DNA from: the human T2T-CHM13v2.0 reference genome, Homo sapiens
Reading direction: 5' to 3' (one strand)
DNA length: 64,000 nt
Assembly: GCF_009914755.1 (NCBI RefSeq)
Contig: NC_060927.1
The notes beneath the pieces were generated by a model. That model ran no database searches. It saw nothing but the letters and a program-made list of their open reading frames with translations, and was not told where the DNA came from. Positions 13,976 to 28,483 of this stretch are shown piece by piece (the first letter of the stretch is position 1; the number at the start of each line of letters is the position of its first letter). The position numbers and the translations under genes were made by a program.

Positions 13976-15299
13976 TGAATGAAGTCCTGTCATTTGCGGC
14001 AACTTTGGTGGAACTGGAGGCCATTATGCTAAGTGTGATAAGCAAGGCACAGAAAGATAAGTATTTCATACTCTCACTCATATGTGGGACCTATAAAAAT
14101 TAATCTTATCGAGGTAGGAAAATGGAATGACAGTTACCAGAGTCTGGGAAAGGTGGGGGAGAGGATGAAGAGTGATTGGTTAATGGGTACAAACATACAA
14201 TTAGACAGAAGGCAAAAGGTTTAGTGTTTGATAGCACAGTAGGTTGATTATAGTTAAAAAAATTATATATTTCAAAGTAGCTAAAAGATAAGAATTTAAA
14301 TGTTCCCAACACAAAAATATGATAAATGTTTATGGGGATGGATTCGATCATTGCACATTGTATGCATATATCAACATATCACATGTACCCCATAAATATG
14401 TATAACTATTACCTATAAATAAAATAGACTAATTTATAAAAGAATAAATCTGGCAGTCAAGGGGGGGAAATTAAATGTTAAAAGAAATGATGTGTCACTT
14501 GATTTAAATGCTAAATGTCCTTTTTGCCAATCACTGTTGTGATGAATACTAGTGCAGAGTCATTGGGTTAATAAACATTTTGGTGAACTGATAGAATTTA
14601 AAGATCCAGAGAGTTATATTCCAGTTTGGACAGGGGTAGGGATTTGGAGATGCTTTAGAGAATGAAGCCAGTGTTTACAGATTCCTTTTATGAAAGTGGT
14701 CATGTAGCTTTCCTTCCTATATCATAGTCATGATCAGTGAATTTTTTGATATTAAATTACTTAGCTGATAATTTTTAAAATCCACTTTTCTTGGATTAAA
14801 TTGAAATTTATTGCAATGAGAGCATGAAAACTATTTCATTTTTCATTCACATATTTCACCACAAATACACATATTTTGTGTGTTTGTAGTCTCTGTTTGT
14901 AACGTCTAGCTTTGTATGATGGTTCTTGCCCCAGCCCTTGCAGTAAGTATTTAAATTCATTCAAAACCATTATTGCTCATAAATTTTACCTTACACAAAA
15001 TAGATCATAAATACTTTTAGGTCAGGGTCTGGGACTTATGGATTTTATAATCCTTTGACCTAGCACAGCAAGCAAGGGCTTAAGAAATATTTGTTTAATA
15101 AATGAATAAATCAAGTTTATGTTATTAAAATGCCTGGAACAAATACCCTTGCCCAAGTGAAGCTTAAATTTGCCATCTAACTTAGCCTTTCCAATTATGT
15201 AAGTCTAAATTCTCAAAACTGGATGAACCTTGAATGTTTTCACATTTTAGCACTCACACATGGCCACGTATGCTTTATTACTTATTTCATGTGTGTGTC

Positions 15300-15785
15300 A
15301 GCCAGTATTTAAGATGATTCTCAACTTCTGGTATCCAAACTCATGTAGTCTCTTTTTACATTGAATAGGGCTGAGCTGTATAACCATTAAGATATTGCAA
15401 ACATGACAGAATGTAACCTCCAAGTTTCAGTCATAAAAAACAGTGCAGCTTTTACTTTGTTCTCTTTTGGAGAAGTCATCTGGAGGAATCCAGCTGCCCC
15501 ACCATGAGGACACTCTAGCAAGCCTGTAAAGAGGTCCAAGTGGTAAGAAACTGAGGCCTCCAGCCAACAACCAGCACTAATATGACAGCCACGTGGGTGA
15601 GCTCTTTTAGAAGTAATCCACCAGCCTCAGTCCAGCCTTCAGATAACCACAACCCAGGCTGACATCTTGACTGCAACTTCATGAAAGACCCTGAGCCAAA
15701 ACTTCTCAACTAAGGCTTGCCTAGATTCCTGACCCACACTCATGTTTTGGGATAATTTCCTACACATCAATATATAAATAATGCA
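15300..15785 (+). mobile_element. MaLR LTR (MLT1E/F-like)
   Basis: AACTGAGGCCTCCAGCCAACAACCAGCA...GACATCTTGACTGCAACTTCATGAAAGACCCTGAGCC...ATTCCTGACCCAC. Confidence 0.8.
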
Positions 15786-15929
15786 ATATTTGATGGGCTT
15801 GTCTTACCAAATAGATTATAAGCATCTTAGAGAAAAGAACCATATGTCTCATTTCTCACAGTGCCTGGAGTAGCACTGAGATACTTGTCTCAATAAATGA
15901 TGTTAATGCTTCACAATTACATTCTAGTC

Positions 15930-16290
15930 AAGTCAACAAATATTTATTAATATCTACCAGATACTCTTCTAGGGGCTAAGAAAAGAAGTAAACCTAAAGG
16001 GACAAGGTGAAGTCTAATGGAGAAGACAGATAATTTAAAAATAGATATGGATCAGGTCAATGAATCAATGAAGATATGAAGCTAAGAAGAAAACCAAAAC
16101 AAGGATGGGGGATGATACTTTATATATTTTAGACAAGGTGTCAGAAAGGCCTCTCTGGTTAGACATTTGTGCATAGAACTATGCATGTATCTGGGAAAGA
16201 GCATCCCAGGCAGAGGGAACCACAGGTTCAAAGGTTATGATACTGCAAAAGCATGGCATATTCAATAAGGCCAATATGGCTAAGGCTGAG
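15930..16290 (-). mobile_element. L2 LINE fragment
   Basis: CAACAAATATTTATT...GAAAGGCCTCTCTG...GGGAAAGAGCATCCCAGGCAGAGGGAAC L2 motifs. Confidence 0.65.
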
Positions 16291-17056
16291 TTCACTATTT
16301 GCTTCAGATTTCACTATTTAGTTAATTGAGCTTCTCACGAATGCACCTTTACATTTGAATCTCTCACAGTGCCTTGGATCCCTCTCTTCCTGAATTTGAA
16401 CATGGCACCAAATATTGGTCTGCAATAAACAGATCTGTTCATGTAAGTTAGTCATTTTATAAACACATGAATATGGCTAATAAGTCAAAATAAGCTAATA
16501 TTTGTAATTGGAATGAAGAATTAGAAAATTTACTGATTGCAATCTTCCTGTTATTATTTCTGCTCTTTGAAGCTTTCTGATTTTGTTAAAGCCATTAGTG
16601 CCCACCAATAAATTATATAGCCTTTGTAGTAACACAAATATGTTTGAATGTTACTGACATTGCAGGAAAGAATCAGGCTCAATCAGTATATGTTTATGAA
16701 GAAATAACGTCTCAAATTGGCAAGTGATTAGCTCTCCCAACAGAAGAACAAATAAAATTCTGTCATTCTATGCTGTGGACTTTACTTCTTTTCCTTCACT
16801 TCTGAAACACGTATCATGTTGAATCAAATGATCACTGAATAATGAATTTGGCCTTCATTACAGTGTGTTAGTTACCATAAATAAATGAAATTATGTGTGC
16901 ATTTCATGGACATCCAATTTTTTTAATCTTATATTTCACCTTAGATAACCAAGTGAAGTGTATCCTTATTTTAAAAGTAAACACTCCTTTCAGAGGCATA
17001 ATGCAGAATTTAAACTCACATTTAACATTTTTAATTATATGTAAATAAGAACTCCT

Positions 17057-17355
<299 letters not shown>

Positions 17356-19003
17356 TTACTACGACAGTAGCTGGTGTTCTCTCTTTAAAAGATGAGTGAT
17401 TTTCTTTCTTTCTTGCTCCCTTTTATAAACATAATCTTGGCAAATTAATGAATTATTTTATTTGTGCTATAATGCTGAAGAGTAAACTTCACAGAGGACA
17501 CATGGGGAAAGTTGGGAATAGGGAATAATAAGGCAGAACAAGGGAGAATCAAAAAGAGGAAGCCAGAAAGAGAGACACAGAGATAGAAAGATACAAAGAA
17601 AAATTCTGTAGCTTGTGTGCATGTGTGTGTGGGGAGGAGGAGTAGGTGTGCATTTGTGTGTGTGTGCAGGCAAGACAGTGAAGAGGTAACTACTGAGATA
17701 TAGCCAGAATGGAAAAAGGACCACCATTTAAAGACTAGGATTTGTTGGTGAGAAAGAAGAGTAGTTTGTTATTTTTTAAAAACATAATACTGAAAAATGT
17801 AATTACCATACATGCTTTTTCTTCTTAAATAAAAATGAGGCCATTCAAATTATAAAAGGAAAAATATCAAAAATTCCTAAAAATAAGTGCATCTATTAAG
17901 TATTTTACCTGGAAGCCTACTACCATACATTTTTATCAAAGCGAATTAAAAGGTATGAGGGCTAGGCATGTGTAGTGTCATTTATAATTGAGTTTTCCCA
18001 GCTCGATCAGAATTTCTTTTGATAACCTAATTAGATACAGTCAAAGGTATTTTAAAAATCTTTCTGTGATTCATATTTACTTAATATGAATTGTTTCACT
18101 TTGAGACACTCGGCTCTGATAATAATTTATCAAAAAAATTAACTTTGATAGAATCTAGTAAATGAATTTGTAAAATGTAAACAAATTTCAAACTTACAAC
18201 TTTTTTTCATGAGTTATAATGCATACATTTAGCATAAACTTAAGCATATGCTGAAGTCTATTCATCTTAAATTGCACAATTTTTAACGATATTTAATCTT
18301 TAGCTTCAGGACATTCAAACAATTATTTGGAATGTTCCAAACCCCTAGAATTTGGTTTTCTAAGTAGCAAGAACTTTAAAAATTCATTCTCCATAGAAAT
18401 GATTATCTCTTAATGACAATTTTAAGAGAATTTTGGTATGCTTTTATTGAAGAGAAGAGTTTTTAAGAATCCCACCAATGTTTTAAGTAGAAAAATAAAA
18501 AACAACCAAAGAAGTAAATCCTCACAAATATTTTCCCTAAAGGACTTCCTTCTTTTAGAAACTATATTTCAAGGGAAATCTAATCTGTGTGTACTTGATT
18601 CATTTATACACCTTCAGAGACATTTCAAATACCAACACTTTTTAAGAGTCTTCTTATAAGTCTTTTCCAAGATATTTTTATTTGGACTAGAGGTTCATGT
18701 TTTGTTGACACTAAATGGAGCTTGGGATGAGAGAGAAAAAGTTAGCTCAGAGCCCACAGAGTTCAAGTGACTCCAAACAAGGTCAAAAGCATTCTTCTAG
18801 TCTCAAATAAGATTGTAGTGAAGAATAGAAGTGTTCACTATGTGATAGCATGTTTAAGCCAAAGATTTAACAAAGAAATAACACATTATCCTGAAACCAT
18901 TAAATACGTAAGGCCTAAAGCAAATTCTATACAAAGTAGAATAAGTTGGAAATTCTTACATTTGCTTGGTTTGTGATTTAATTATTATTTTTTTTTTAGA
19001 CAA

Positions 19004-19296
19004 TTTTTTTTTTTGGAGATAGAGTCTCACTTTGTCACCAAGGCTGGAGTGAAGTAATGCAATCTTTGCTCACTGCAATCTCTGCCTCCCAAGTTCAAGT
19101 GATTCTCCTGCCTCAGCCTCCTGAGTATCTGGGATTACAGGTGTGTGCCACCATGTCCAGCTAATTTTTGTATTTTTAGTAGAGATGGTGTTTAACCATG
19201 TTGGCCAGGCTGGTCTCAAACTCCTGACCTCAAGTAATCTGCCTGCCTCAGCCTCCCAAAGTGCTGGGATTACAGGCATAAGCCACCCAGCCCAGC
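19004..19296 (-). mobile_element. AluS (Sx/Sz-like)
   Basis: Poly-T plus full antisense Alu ending CCCAGCC. Confidence 0.94.
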
Positions 19297-19352
19297 CAAG
19301 ACAGGTATTTTTAAAAACACGTTTTTGTAGTTTTCGTATTTCTATTGCTAAT

Positions 19353-19740
19353 TGTCTTAGTGTTTCCCCCAGAAACAAATATTTGGGGGGTAAGTGTTTT
19401 ATTTGGGAGTTGGTGCTAGACAATACTGGGAGGCGATGTGAAGAAGTGACACAGGGAAGGTGGACACTAAGGGTGTGTTATCAAGCAAATTCCCATCATG
19501 GGCAACTAAAGCTCAATGCTGCTGGGGAACTCTGAGAGCCAGTGTGGGACATACACCTCAGAACTGTGCCACCCAGAGTGTGAGGAAGCTAAGCTATTTA
19601 TATGCCACTTCCCATTGGTCACTGGTTAGAGACTGTTCCTGGAAGGTAATGATTCCCCATGCTTCTGGCCTGCCATATACAGCAGAATGGACAGAGGTGG
19701 TCAGAATCAAGGTGATGTGGGATGCCTGGACAACATCTAC
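19353..19740. mobile_element. ERVL-class LTR (LTR33-like)
   Basis: TTTATTTGGGAG...ACAGGGAAGG...GGGCAACT...GCTGGGGAACTCTG...GAGGAAGCT...CATTGG; similar to 40350-40800. Confidence 0.6.
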
Positions 19741-19971
19741 TACTCTGATATCTGTTCTATTTTATTTCAGAATAATAACCAAAGGAGGTTTATGGTGGAG
19801 GATGAAGAAAAGCTCTGTCTGAGTTAGTGAGTTTGTTAAAGCAATTTTTCAAGCAAAAGAAAATTTGTGATTGAGGCCAAAGAGAATTTGAGAGCCTCAA
19901 TTACTCAGATTTTAAAAAACAACACTTAATGTTTACACTTAGTGTTTGACGCTTCATTTTCCTTCATATGG

Positions 19972-20200
19972 ATAATAGCTAACATTTATTAAACACTTCT
20001 TATATGCCCGACACTGTGCTGAGTGGTTTAGCTTTTAATAAAACATTTAGTCCTCACAACTACCCAATGAGATAGACAATATTGTTATCTTTGTTTCACA
20101 GATGAGGAAACTGACACATAAAAAGATTCTGTAATTTGCCCAAGATCTAGTAGCAGAACAGGAATTATAGTTCAGTCTGGTCTCAAAACCATGTGCAAAA
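19972..20200 (-). mobile_element. MIR
   Basis: TAATAGCTAACATTTATT...CACAGATGAGGAAACTGA...AATTTGCCCAAGAT. Confidence 0.85.
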
Positions 20201-20229
20201 GTTCCTAGGTCTAGCAGGAAGTTTTGCAC

Positions 20230-20667
20230 AAACCCAGCTACCAGAGAATAAATCTGGTCAGGCAGAATACTCACACAGCACATCAGGCAAAGCAAATTTA
20301 TTACTCATAGACAGGCAGCAAGGATAGATAGAAGCCTGGAATCCATGAGGAGCCAGTTCTTCAAGATGCAGGAAAGCTGCCCAGAGTGGAGAGAGTCTGG
20401 TCTGTGCATGCCCCACTTTGCATTGCAGCTGAGGGACCACTAAAAGCACTTTGCTCTGGGTTTTATACCCTGGGTGTCACTTGAGTCTCTGAGTGCAATC
20501 ACTGCAGAACATCCTAATTTAGGAGGAATGAAGGCATGGTCTAGGATATTCTGACACTTCCTTCTTATTTCAGAATGTTGCATTCTCAGTACATTTGGCC
20601 TGAGAATTGCAAACAAGGGGGAAAGAGCTGGCTTGGCCAACGCCATCCAGGGATCTGCCCTCCTGCA
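20230..20667 (-). mobile_element. Solo LTR, family not resolved
   Basis: On the minus strand: TG start near 20667, TATAAAA at ~20461-20467, AATAAA at ~20297-20302, i.e. U3-R-U5 order. Confidence 0.45.
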
Positions 20668-20716
20668 CTATGGTCTTCAACACTGCATATACTGTTTTGT
20701 TAGATAATCTAGCATT

Positions 20717-21203
20717 TGTGGTACAATGGTTAACTCTGTTTCAAATTGATTGTGCCAGTAGGGTACCCAGACTAAACATGATTTCTGGGTGTGTCTGTGA
20801 GGCTGTTTCTGGATGAGATTAGCATTTGAATTGGTGGAATTGATAAAGTAGATTGACCTCCTCAATGTGGCTGGACATCATCCAATCTGTTGAGGGACTG
20901 AATAGAGCAAAAAGTCAGAGAAAGAAGTAATTCACCCCTTTTTGCTTTCTGCCTGCCTGTCTGAGCTGGGACATCAGTCTTCTGCTGTCCTTGGACTGAC
21001 CACCATTGTCAGTCCCTTGTTCTCAGACCTTTCAACCTGAAGTAGAATTATACCACCAGCTTTCCTGAGTCTCCAGCTTTCTGACAGCAGATTGTGGGAC
21101 TTCATATATAAATGAAGGTATTTACCATGAAAAAATGGCTCACACAGTCATGGAGGCTGATATATATATGCTTCTATTTCTCTGGAGAACCCTGACTAAT
21201 ACA
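20717..21203 (+). mobile_element. MLT2 (MLT2B-like) 5' LTR of an ERV-L provirus
   Basis: TGTG...GGATGAGATTAGCATTTGAAT...CATCATCCAATCTGTTGAGG...GGAGAACCCTGACTAATACA, directly followed by ERVL internal sequence. Confidence 0.9.
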
Positions 21204-22326
21204 GATTTTTGTTTGGGTACCAAAAATGGTTCCAGAGGAACATAATTTTAAGGATGACTTTTCTAAATTGGTCAAAGTGTTTCTGAAATTGGATCTCTAA
21301 TCTACTTAGATTTGAAGATGCTAATGACTCTATTTTCAGTAGTAAAGAGAGCACTGATAGTCCATAGTATGTAGTATTTATAGAGATAAAATATCTCCAT
21401 TTGATACCCTAATCAACCACTTAAAGGAGCAAGGAGTTGGGTGACTGTGTATATTATATGTATAAATATTTTTAGAACTCTAATGAATGTAATGAGGTTG
21501 GCTGGTTGTGCATAATGTCCCTGGACAAAGTGTTGAAAGTAAAGGATAAGCTCAGGGATTCTCATTCCCAGTGCAAGTGCCGCATACATGACCTGAAAAC
21601 ATCTATGTGTGCCCTGAAGAAGATCCTTATTGCCTGTAGCTTCAGGACTGAGATTGCTGAAAAATCAAATAAAGAATCTTATCCTGTTATTGGTTGAATT
21701 ACAATGCAAGTTGAACTCCTAGCCTTCTAGCATGTCTGCTGTTAAACTGAGGGCATTGATTGGGAAGGAATGGGGTTCTCTATGTTGAAACAGAGATGTG
21801 TGAAAAGACCCTGATGAATCTGGGGACCCTGACCCCCTAAATTCTGATTAGTGTTTTTGCCAGTAGAAGTCACCTCGCTAGTTATGGTGGCCTTTCTACC
21901 CTCTGTCTGAGGGTATTGACTCTGTATTGCCTGAGGAAACTATAATAGCCTCCTCTGATGCAGTTGCCATGCAAGACAATGCTGACTGTCCTCAGGACCC
22001 ACCCCCAGAACCCCTCTTTGCTTCTATAATGATAACTAAACTCAAGCCCTACCAGCACTTTAAAGGTGAGGTACAAAGAATGACCCATGAGGAGTTGCAC
22101 TACACTACAAAAGAACTATGTGAGTTTTCTAATTTATATAGACAGAAATGGGGAGCATATGAGGAAATGAATGTTGAGGGTGTGGAATAATGGTGGAAAA
22201 AACATAAAGTTGTATCAGGCTGAATTTGCTGATATAGGCTTACTAAGCAGAGATTCTGCATTTAATGTTGCAGCTTGGGAGTTAGGAAGAACTGTAACTG
22301 TTTTGTTGTTTGGCTAAAACTTGGAC

Positions 22327-23420
22327 TATCAGGGGAACCGGCCCCCAATATTTCGATGTAGGTTCTTTCTATTTTCCCTAAGTGTCAGCCGGTCTGAGAA
22401 ATAAAGAGAAAGTACAAAGAGAGAAATTTTACAGCTGGGCCGCCGGGGATGACATCACTTATCGGTAGGTCCATGTTGCCCACCTGAGCTGCAAAACCAG
22501 CAGGTTTTTATTAAGGACTTCAAAAGGGGAGGGAATGTATGAACAGGGAGTAGGTCACAAAGTTCACATTCTTTAAAGGGCAATAAAGATCACAAGGCAA
22601 AGGGCAAAGCAAAGATCACAAGGCAAAGGGCAAAATTAGAATTACTGATGAGGGTCTATGTTCAGCTATGCATGTATTGTCTTGATAAACATCTTAAACA
22701 ACAGAAAACAGGGTTTGAGAACAGAGAACCAGTCTGACCTCAAATTCACCAGGGTGGGGTTTCTTCCCCATCCTAATAAGCCTGGGTACTGCAGGAGGCC
22801 AGGGCGTATTTCAGTCTTTATCTCAACCACATAAGACAGACACTCCCAGAGGAGCCGTTTATAGACCTCCCCCAGGAATGCATTCCTTCCCCAGGGTTTA
22901 ATTATTAATATTCCTTGCTGGGAAAAGAATTCAGCGATATCTCTCCTACTTGCACGTCCGTTTATAGGATCTCTGCAAGAAGAAAAATATGGCTCTATTC
23001 TGCCCGACCCCGCAGGCTGTCAGACCTTATGGTTGTCTTCCCTTGTTCCCTAAAATCACTGTTATTCTGTTCGTTTTCAAGGTGCACTGATTTCATATTG
23101 TTCAAACACACATGTTTTACAATCAATTTGTACAATAGTGGTCCTGAGATGACATACATTCTCAGCTTACGAAGATAACAGGATTAAGAGATTAAAGTAA
23201 AGACAGGCATAATAAATTATAAGACTATTATTTGGGAACTTATAAATGTCCATGAAATCTTCACAATTTATGTTCAGAGATTGCAGTAAAGACAGGCATA
23301 AGAAATTATAAAAGTATTAATTTTGGGAACTGATAAATGTCCATGAAATCTACACAATTTATATTCCTCTGCTGCGGCTCCAGCTGGTCCCTCTGTTTGG
23401 GGTCCCTGACTCCTGCAACA
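22327..23420 (-). mobile_element. MER11 (A/B-like) solo LTR of HERV-K(HML-8), inserted in ERV-L gag
   Basis: Minus strand begins TGTTGCAGGAGTCAGGGACCCC; perfect 6-bp TSD TTGGAC at 22321-22326 and 23421-23426; internal tandem repeats typical of MER11. Confidence 0.92.
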
Positions 23421-24547
23421 TTGGACCAAAAGGTGACCTATGATGAGGGAATTAGAAAGGCCAGACCTGCCTTGGTTGAATGTTGAGGAAGAGATTCAAT
23501 GGCTTAGAGAGATTGTAAGGTTAGAGTGGAGTTTTCATTTAAGACCTACTAACCCACTGTGGGAAAGCCCAGAAGATGTACCTTTCATCAATACTTTGAG
23601 AGAGAAATTTGTGAAGGGAGTCCCAGCTACCTCTTCAGAATTCCATGATCACTCACTCCACTCATCACTCTAGGCCAGACCTTACAGTAGGGATTGCAGT
23701 GATTGAATTGGGAAATTAAAATGCAATGGGAGTAATTGAAGTAATTGAATCCCTGGGTGGCAAAGGCCAAGTGGCATCACGCAACTGCTAAAGGGAAGGA
23801 AGACATTGTTACCATAATGGACAGAAGAGTCAAAGTGGCAATTAGAATAGCCTGACTCACAAAGACTTAGGGTGTTGGCTAATTGATCATGATGTCCCTA
23901 GAAGTGAAACAGAAAAAAGCCTACTAAATTCTTATTGGATCTGTATAAGCAGAAATGTTCTAGATCAAGTGAACAAAATTCTAATTTGAATCATAAACAC
24001 AGAGTCACAACTCCTCAATCAATTTCCAGACTTGAGCAAGATTATAGACATAGAGTGCCATGAATGAAGGGGAGGCTGGGTCCTCTTCAGAAGAGACCAT
24101 GGGACACTGCCAAAAATTTACTGTTAACCTTCCTCATAGACCAAAGGAACTTTTGGCCTTTTACTGGGGTAACTGTGCACTGGGGAGAGGAAATAATCAG
24201 AACTTTGGGGAATTACTGGATACTGGCTCTGAACTGATACTAATTCCAGGAGACCCAAAATGTCACTTTGGGTCCACCGGTGAAAGTAGGGGCTGATGGA
24301 GGGGTCAGGTAATCAATGAAGTTTTAGCTGAAGACAATTTCATAGTGGGCCCTGTAGGTCCTCAACCCTAGCCTGTGGTTATTTCTCCAGTTCCAAAATG
24401 CATAATTGGAATAGTTGTACTTAGCAGCTGGTGAAATCCCCACACTGGTTCCCTAACTTGTGCTGTGAGGGCTATCATTGTGGGAAAGGCCAAGTGGAAG
24501 CCACTAGAACTGCCTCTACCTAGGAAAATAGTAAGTCAAATGCTGTG

Positions 24548-24696
24548 TGAAGCTTTTTGTTTTTTTAATAAGAACCTTAATCCTATTTATAAGGGAGAAG
24601 CCCTCAAGATCTAATCACCTCTTGAAGGTCCCACCTCTTAATACTATCACATTGGCAACACCTAAATTTTGAAGGGTATGCATTCAAACCACAGCT
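24548..24696 (-). mobile_element. MST-type MaLR LTR 5' fragment within ERV-L pol
   Basis: Reverse complement GCTGTGGTTTGAATG...GTTGCCAATGTGATAGTATTAAGAGGTGGGACCTT. Confidence 0.75.
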
Positions 24697-27198
24697 TAGC
24701 TCCTAAACCAGATGTGGTTTTATTGCTTGAGTAAATTAACACACCCCCCAACATGGTATGAGGTTAATAATCTGGCAAAGGCCTTTTCTCCATTTTTGTC
24801 AATAAGGCCTTCCAAAAGCAGTGTGTTTTCAGCTGGAAAGGCCAGTAATATACCTTTACTGTCCTACCTCAGGGGTGTATTAACCTTCCAACCTTTTGTC
24901 ATAATTTAGTTCACAGGGATCGTGATCATCTTTACCTTCCATAAGGTATCACACTAGTTTATTACATTGATGACACTGTGCTGATTGGACCTAGTGAGCA
25001 CAAAGTAGCCAACATTATAGAATTATTGGTAAGACATTTGCATGCCAGAGGGTAGGAAATAAACCCATATAAATTCAAGGACTTCTACTTCAGTTAAATT
25101 TCTCGGGGCTCAGTGGTGTGGGACATGTCAAGATATCTCTTCCAAGATGAAGAATAAGTTGTTGCATCTAGCCCCTCCTACAACCACAAATGAGGCACAA
25201 TGCTTAGTGGGCCTCCTTAGATTTTTGGAGGCAATATATTCCTCAGTTGGATGTGTTTCTCTAGCCCTTTTACTAAGTGACCTGAAAAGCTTCTCATTTT
25301 GTGAGAAGCCCAGAGGAAGAGAAGACTCTGCAACAGGTCCAGGCTCCTGTTTAAGCTGCTTTGCCACTTGGGCCATATGATCCTGCAGATTCTATGATGC
25401 CTGAAATGTCAGTGCATATAGAGATGCTATTTGGAGGCTTTGACAGGTCCTTATGGGTGAATCACAGTATAGACCTTTAGGATTTTGGAGCAAAGTCTTG
25501 CCATCATCCACAGAACTATGGTCCTTTTGGGAAATACCTCTTGGCCTGCTACTGAGCCTTAGCAAAAGCTGGGTGCTTAACCATGGGCCACCAAGCTACC
25601 TTGTGATCTGAGATGCTCATACAAACTGGGTTATTCTTTCTCCCAGCCTGCACCTCTGGCTTTTTGGGGAATTCCCTATGGTCAGTTGACAGTGGAAGAG
25701 AAGCCTTGGCCTTTGTTAACAGAGAGTTCTGCATTACCTGCAGGCATCACCTGAAAGTGGACAGCTGCAAACCTATAGCCCCAATCTGGGATGTTTCTGA
25801 AGCACAATGGTGAAGAAAAATCTTCCCAGTGAGCATAACTTCAAGAAGTGAATCTGATTGTTCACTTTGCTTGAAAGGAGAAATGACCAGATGTGCCATT
25901 AGATTCACTAGCCTAGCCACTGATTCATGGGCTAGGCTAGTGGTTTTGCTGGATAGTAATGAGAGATTTGGACATGACTGGAAAATTGATAACAAGGAAA
26001 TTGGAGGAAGAGGTATATGGATAGATCTCTCTGAATGGACAAAAACCATGATGATATTTGTGTCTCATGTGAATGCTCACCAATGGTGGCCTCAGGAGAG
26101 GAGGATTTTAATAAGTAAGTGGTTAGGATGATTCTTTCTGTGGATAGCAGTCAGACTCTTTCCCAGCCTCCCCCGTCATCACCCAAAGGGTTCATGAATA
26201 AAGTCATCGTGATGGCATGGGCTCAGCAACATGGACTTCCACTCATCTAGACCAACCTTGTTACAGCTATTGCTGAGCGTGAAATCTGCCAGCAGCAGAG
26301 ACCAACATTGAATCCCTGTATGGCACCATTCCCTGGGGTGATCTGCCAGCTTCTTGGTTGATTACATTGGACTGCTTCCATCATGGAATGAGCAGCATTT
26401 TGTTCTTACTGGCATGGACACTTATTCTAGATACAGATTTGCCTTCTCTGCATGCAATGCTTCTGCTAAAACTACCATCATGGACTTTTAGAATATTTTA
26501 TCCACACTCATGGAACTCACAGCAAAAAAAAAAAAAAAAAAAAAGTGTGGTAAGGAGCCCATGTTTATGGAATTCACTGGTTTTATATTTTCTACCATCT
26601 GGAAATGGTATGGCCTTTTGAAGACTCAGTTACAATGGCAGGGGTGGGACAAGGTTCTGTAGAAGGCTGTATATGCTCTGAATCAGTGTCTGATATGTGG
26701 TGCTATTTCTTCTATACCCAGGATTCACATTTCAGGCATCAAGGAGTAGAAATGAAAATGGCAGTACTTGCCATTACCCCTAGTGACCTACTGGCAAAAT
26801 TTTTGCTTCTTGTTCCTGTGACTTTATGCTCTGCTGGCCTAGAGGTCTTAGTTCCAAAGGGAGAAATGCTTCTACTAGAAGACACAACAGTGATTCCATT
26901 GAAATAGAAGTTAAGACCGCCCCCAGCCATGCTGGACTTCCCATGTTTTTGAATCAACAGATAAATAAGAGAGTTACTGTGCTGGCTGGAGTGATTGACC
27001 CTGACTACCAAGGGGGAATTGTACTACTACTCTACAATGGAAGTAAGGAAGAGTATGTAAGGAGTCTCTTAGTATTACCATGGCCTATGATTAATGTCAG
27101 TGAAAAACTACAACAGTCCCATCCAGGCAAGGCTACTAATGGCCCAAGACCCTTTAAGAATCAAGGTTTGGGTCACTCCAACAGGTAAAGAATCATGA

Positions 27199-27559
<361 letters not shown>

Positions 27560-28224
27560 GGAGGAAGTCATTTTTTGAAGCACGCATTCTTCTTTCTGTA
27601 CTTATACTTTCACCTAGTTTTCAACCCTATGGGAACTTGTGGTTACCTTGAAGTCAAAATAAACTTAAAAATAAAATTATGGAACAGAAAAGCACTTTTG
27701 GGACCAAATAAACCCTCTATGTGTGAGAATTCTGAAACATGCAGAAATTGCATACATTCAGTACAACAGACCGAAAAGTTATAGACGAGGCCACCTCTTT
27801 CTTGTTCCTTAGCATGTAAATGACAGCAAAAACACTTTGGGTTATTTTATACATAGTGCATAAGTTAAATTTATTTTATATGCTATTTTATGACCTGAAA
27901 CTGTTTAGTAAATTGGCTAGCATGTCTCTGACTAATACGGTAATGTCAAAATATCATTCCTTGCAGCTTATTCATTTATGTATTTTTAGATGAAAAGTTG
28001 TTTATATGCCGCCCAAATGGGGTGGTGGGTTGGGGAGGAGGTGTTGTAGGAAAAGCAGTATAGCTTCTCAAGAGCTATTAAGTCAACAGCTTAAGTGAGG
28101 TAAGACTATGTATTGGCTTTTTAAAAATTTAAGATAAATAAAAACCTGGCACGTGGGGACTTTCATTTATAATTTTGTATACTTTTCAGAGTTATAAAAA
28201 TGTTGTCTTTAAATTTTAAATTTT

Positions 28225-28483
28225 TATAAAAAAGGTGGAGGGAACCAGCTTAGGCTCTATTTTGCCCTTCCATCTTTTCTGCCATGTGACAAGATTCATC
28301 CCCTCCAGAGAGCACAGAAACCAAACACCATCTCAGACAGAGTGATATTCCCCTCACCAGAGACTGAACTAGCCAGAAACTTGATCTTGGACTTCCCAGC
28401 CTCCAGAACTGTGAGAAATACATTCTGTTTATAAATTACTCACTTTGTGGTATTTTGTTTTAGGGATACAAACAATCTAAGAG
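28225..28483 (+). mobile_element. MST/MLT1A-type MaLR LTR 3' portion
   Basis: CTTGATCTTGGACTTCCCAGCCTCCAGAACTGTGAGAAATA. Confidence 0.8.

Noticed and set aside
22560-23370. Short direct repeats resembling an array
   Set aside because: Internal tandem repeats of the MER11 LTR with no unique spacers; not CRISPR-like, and the DNA is eukaryotic
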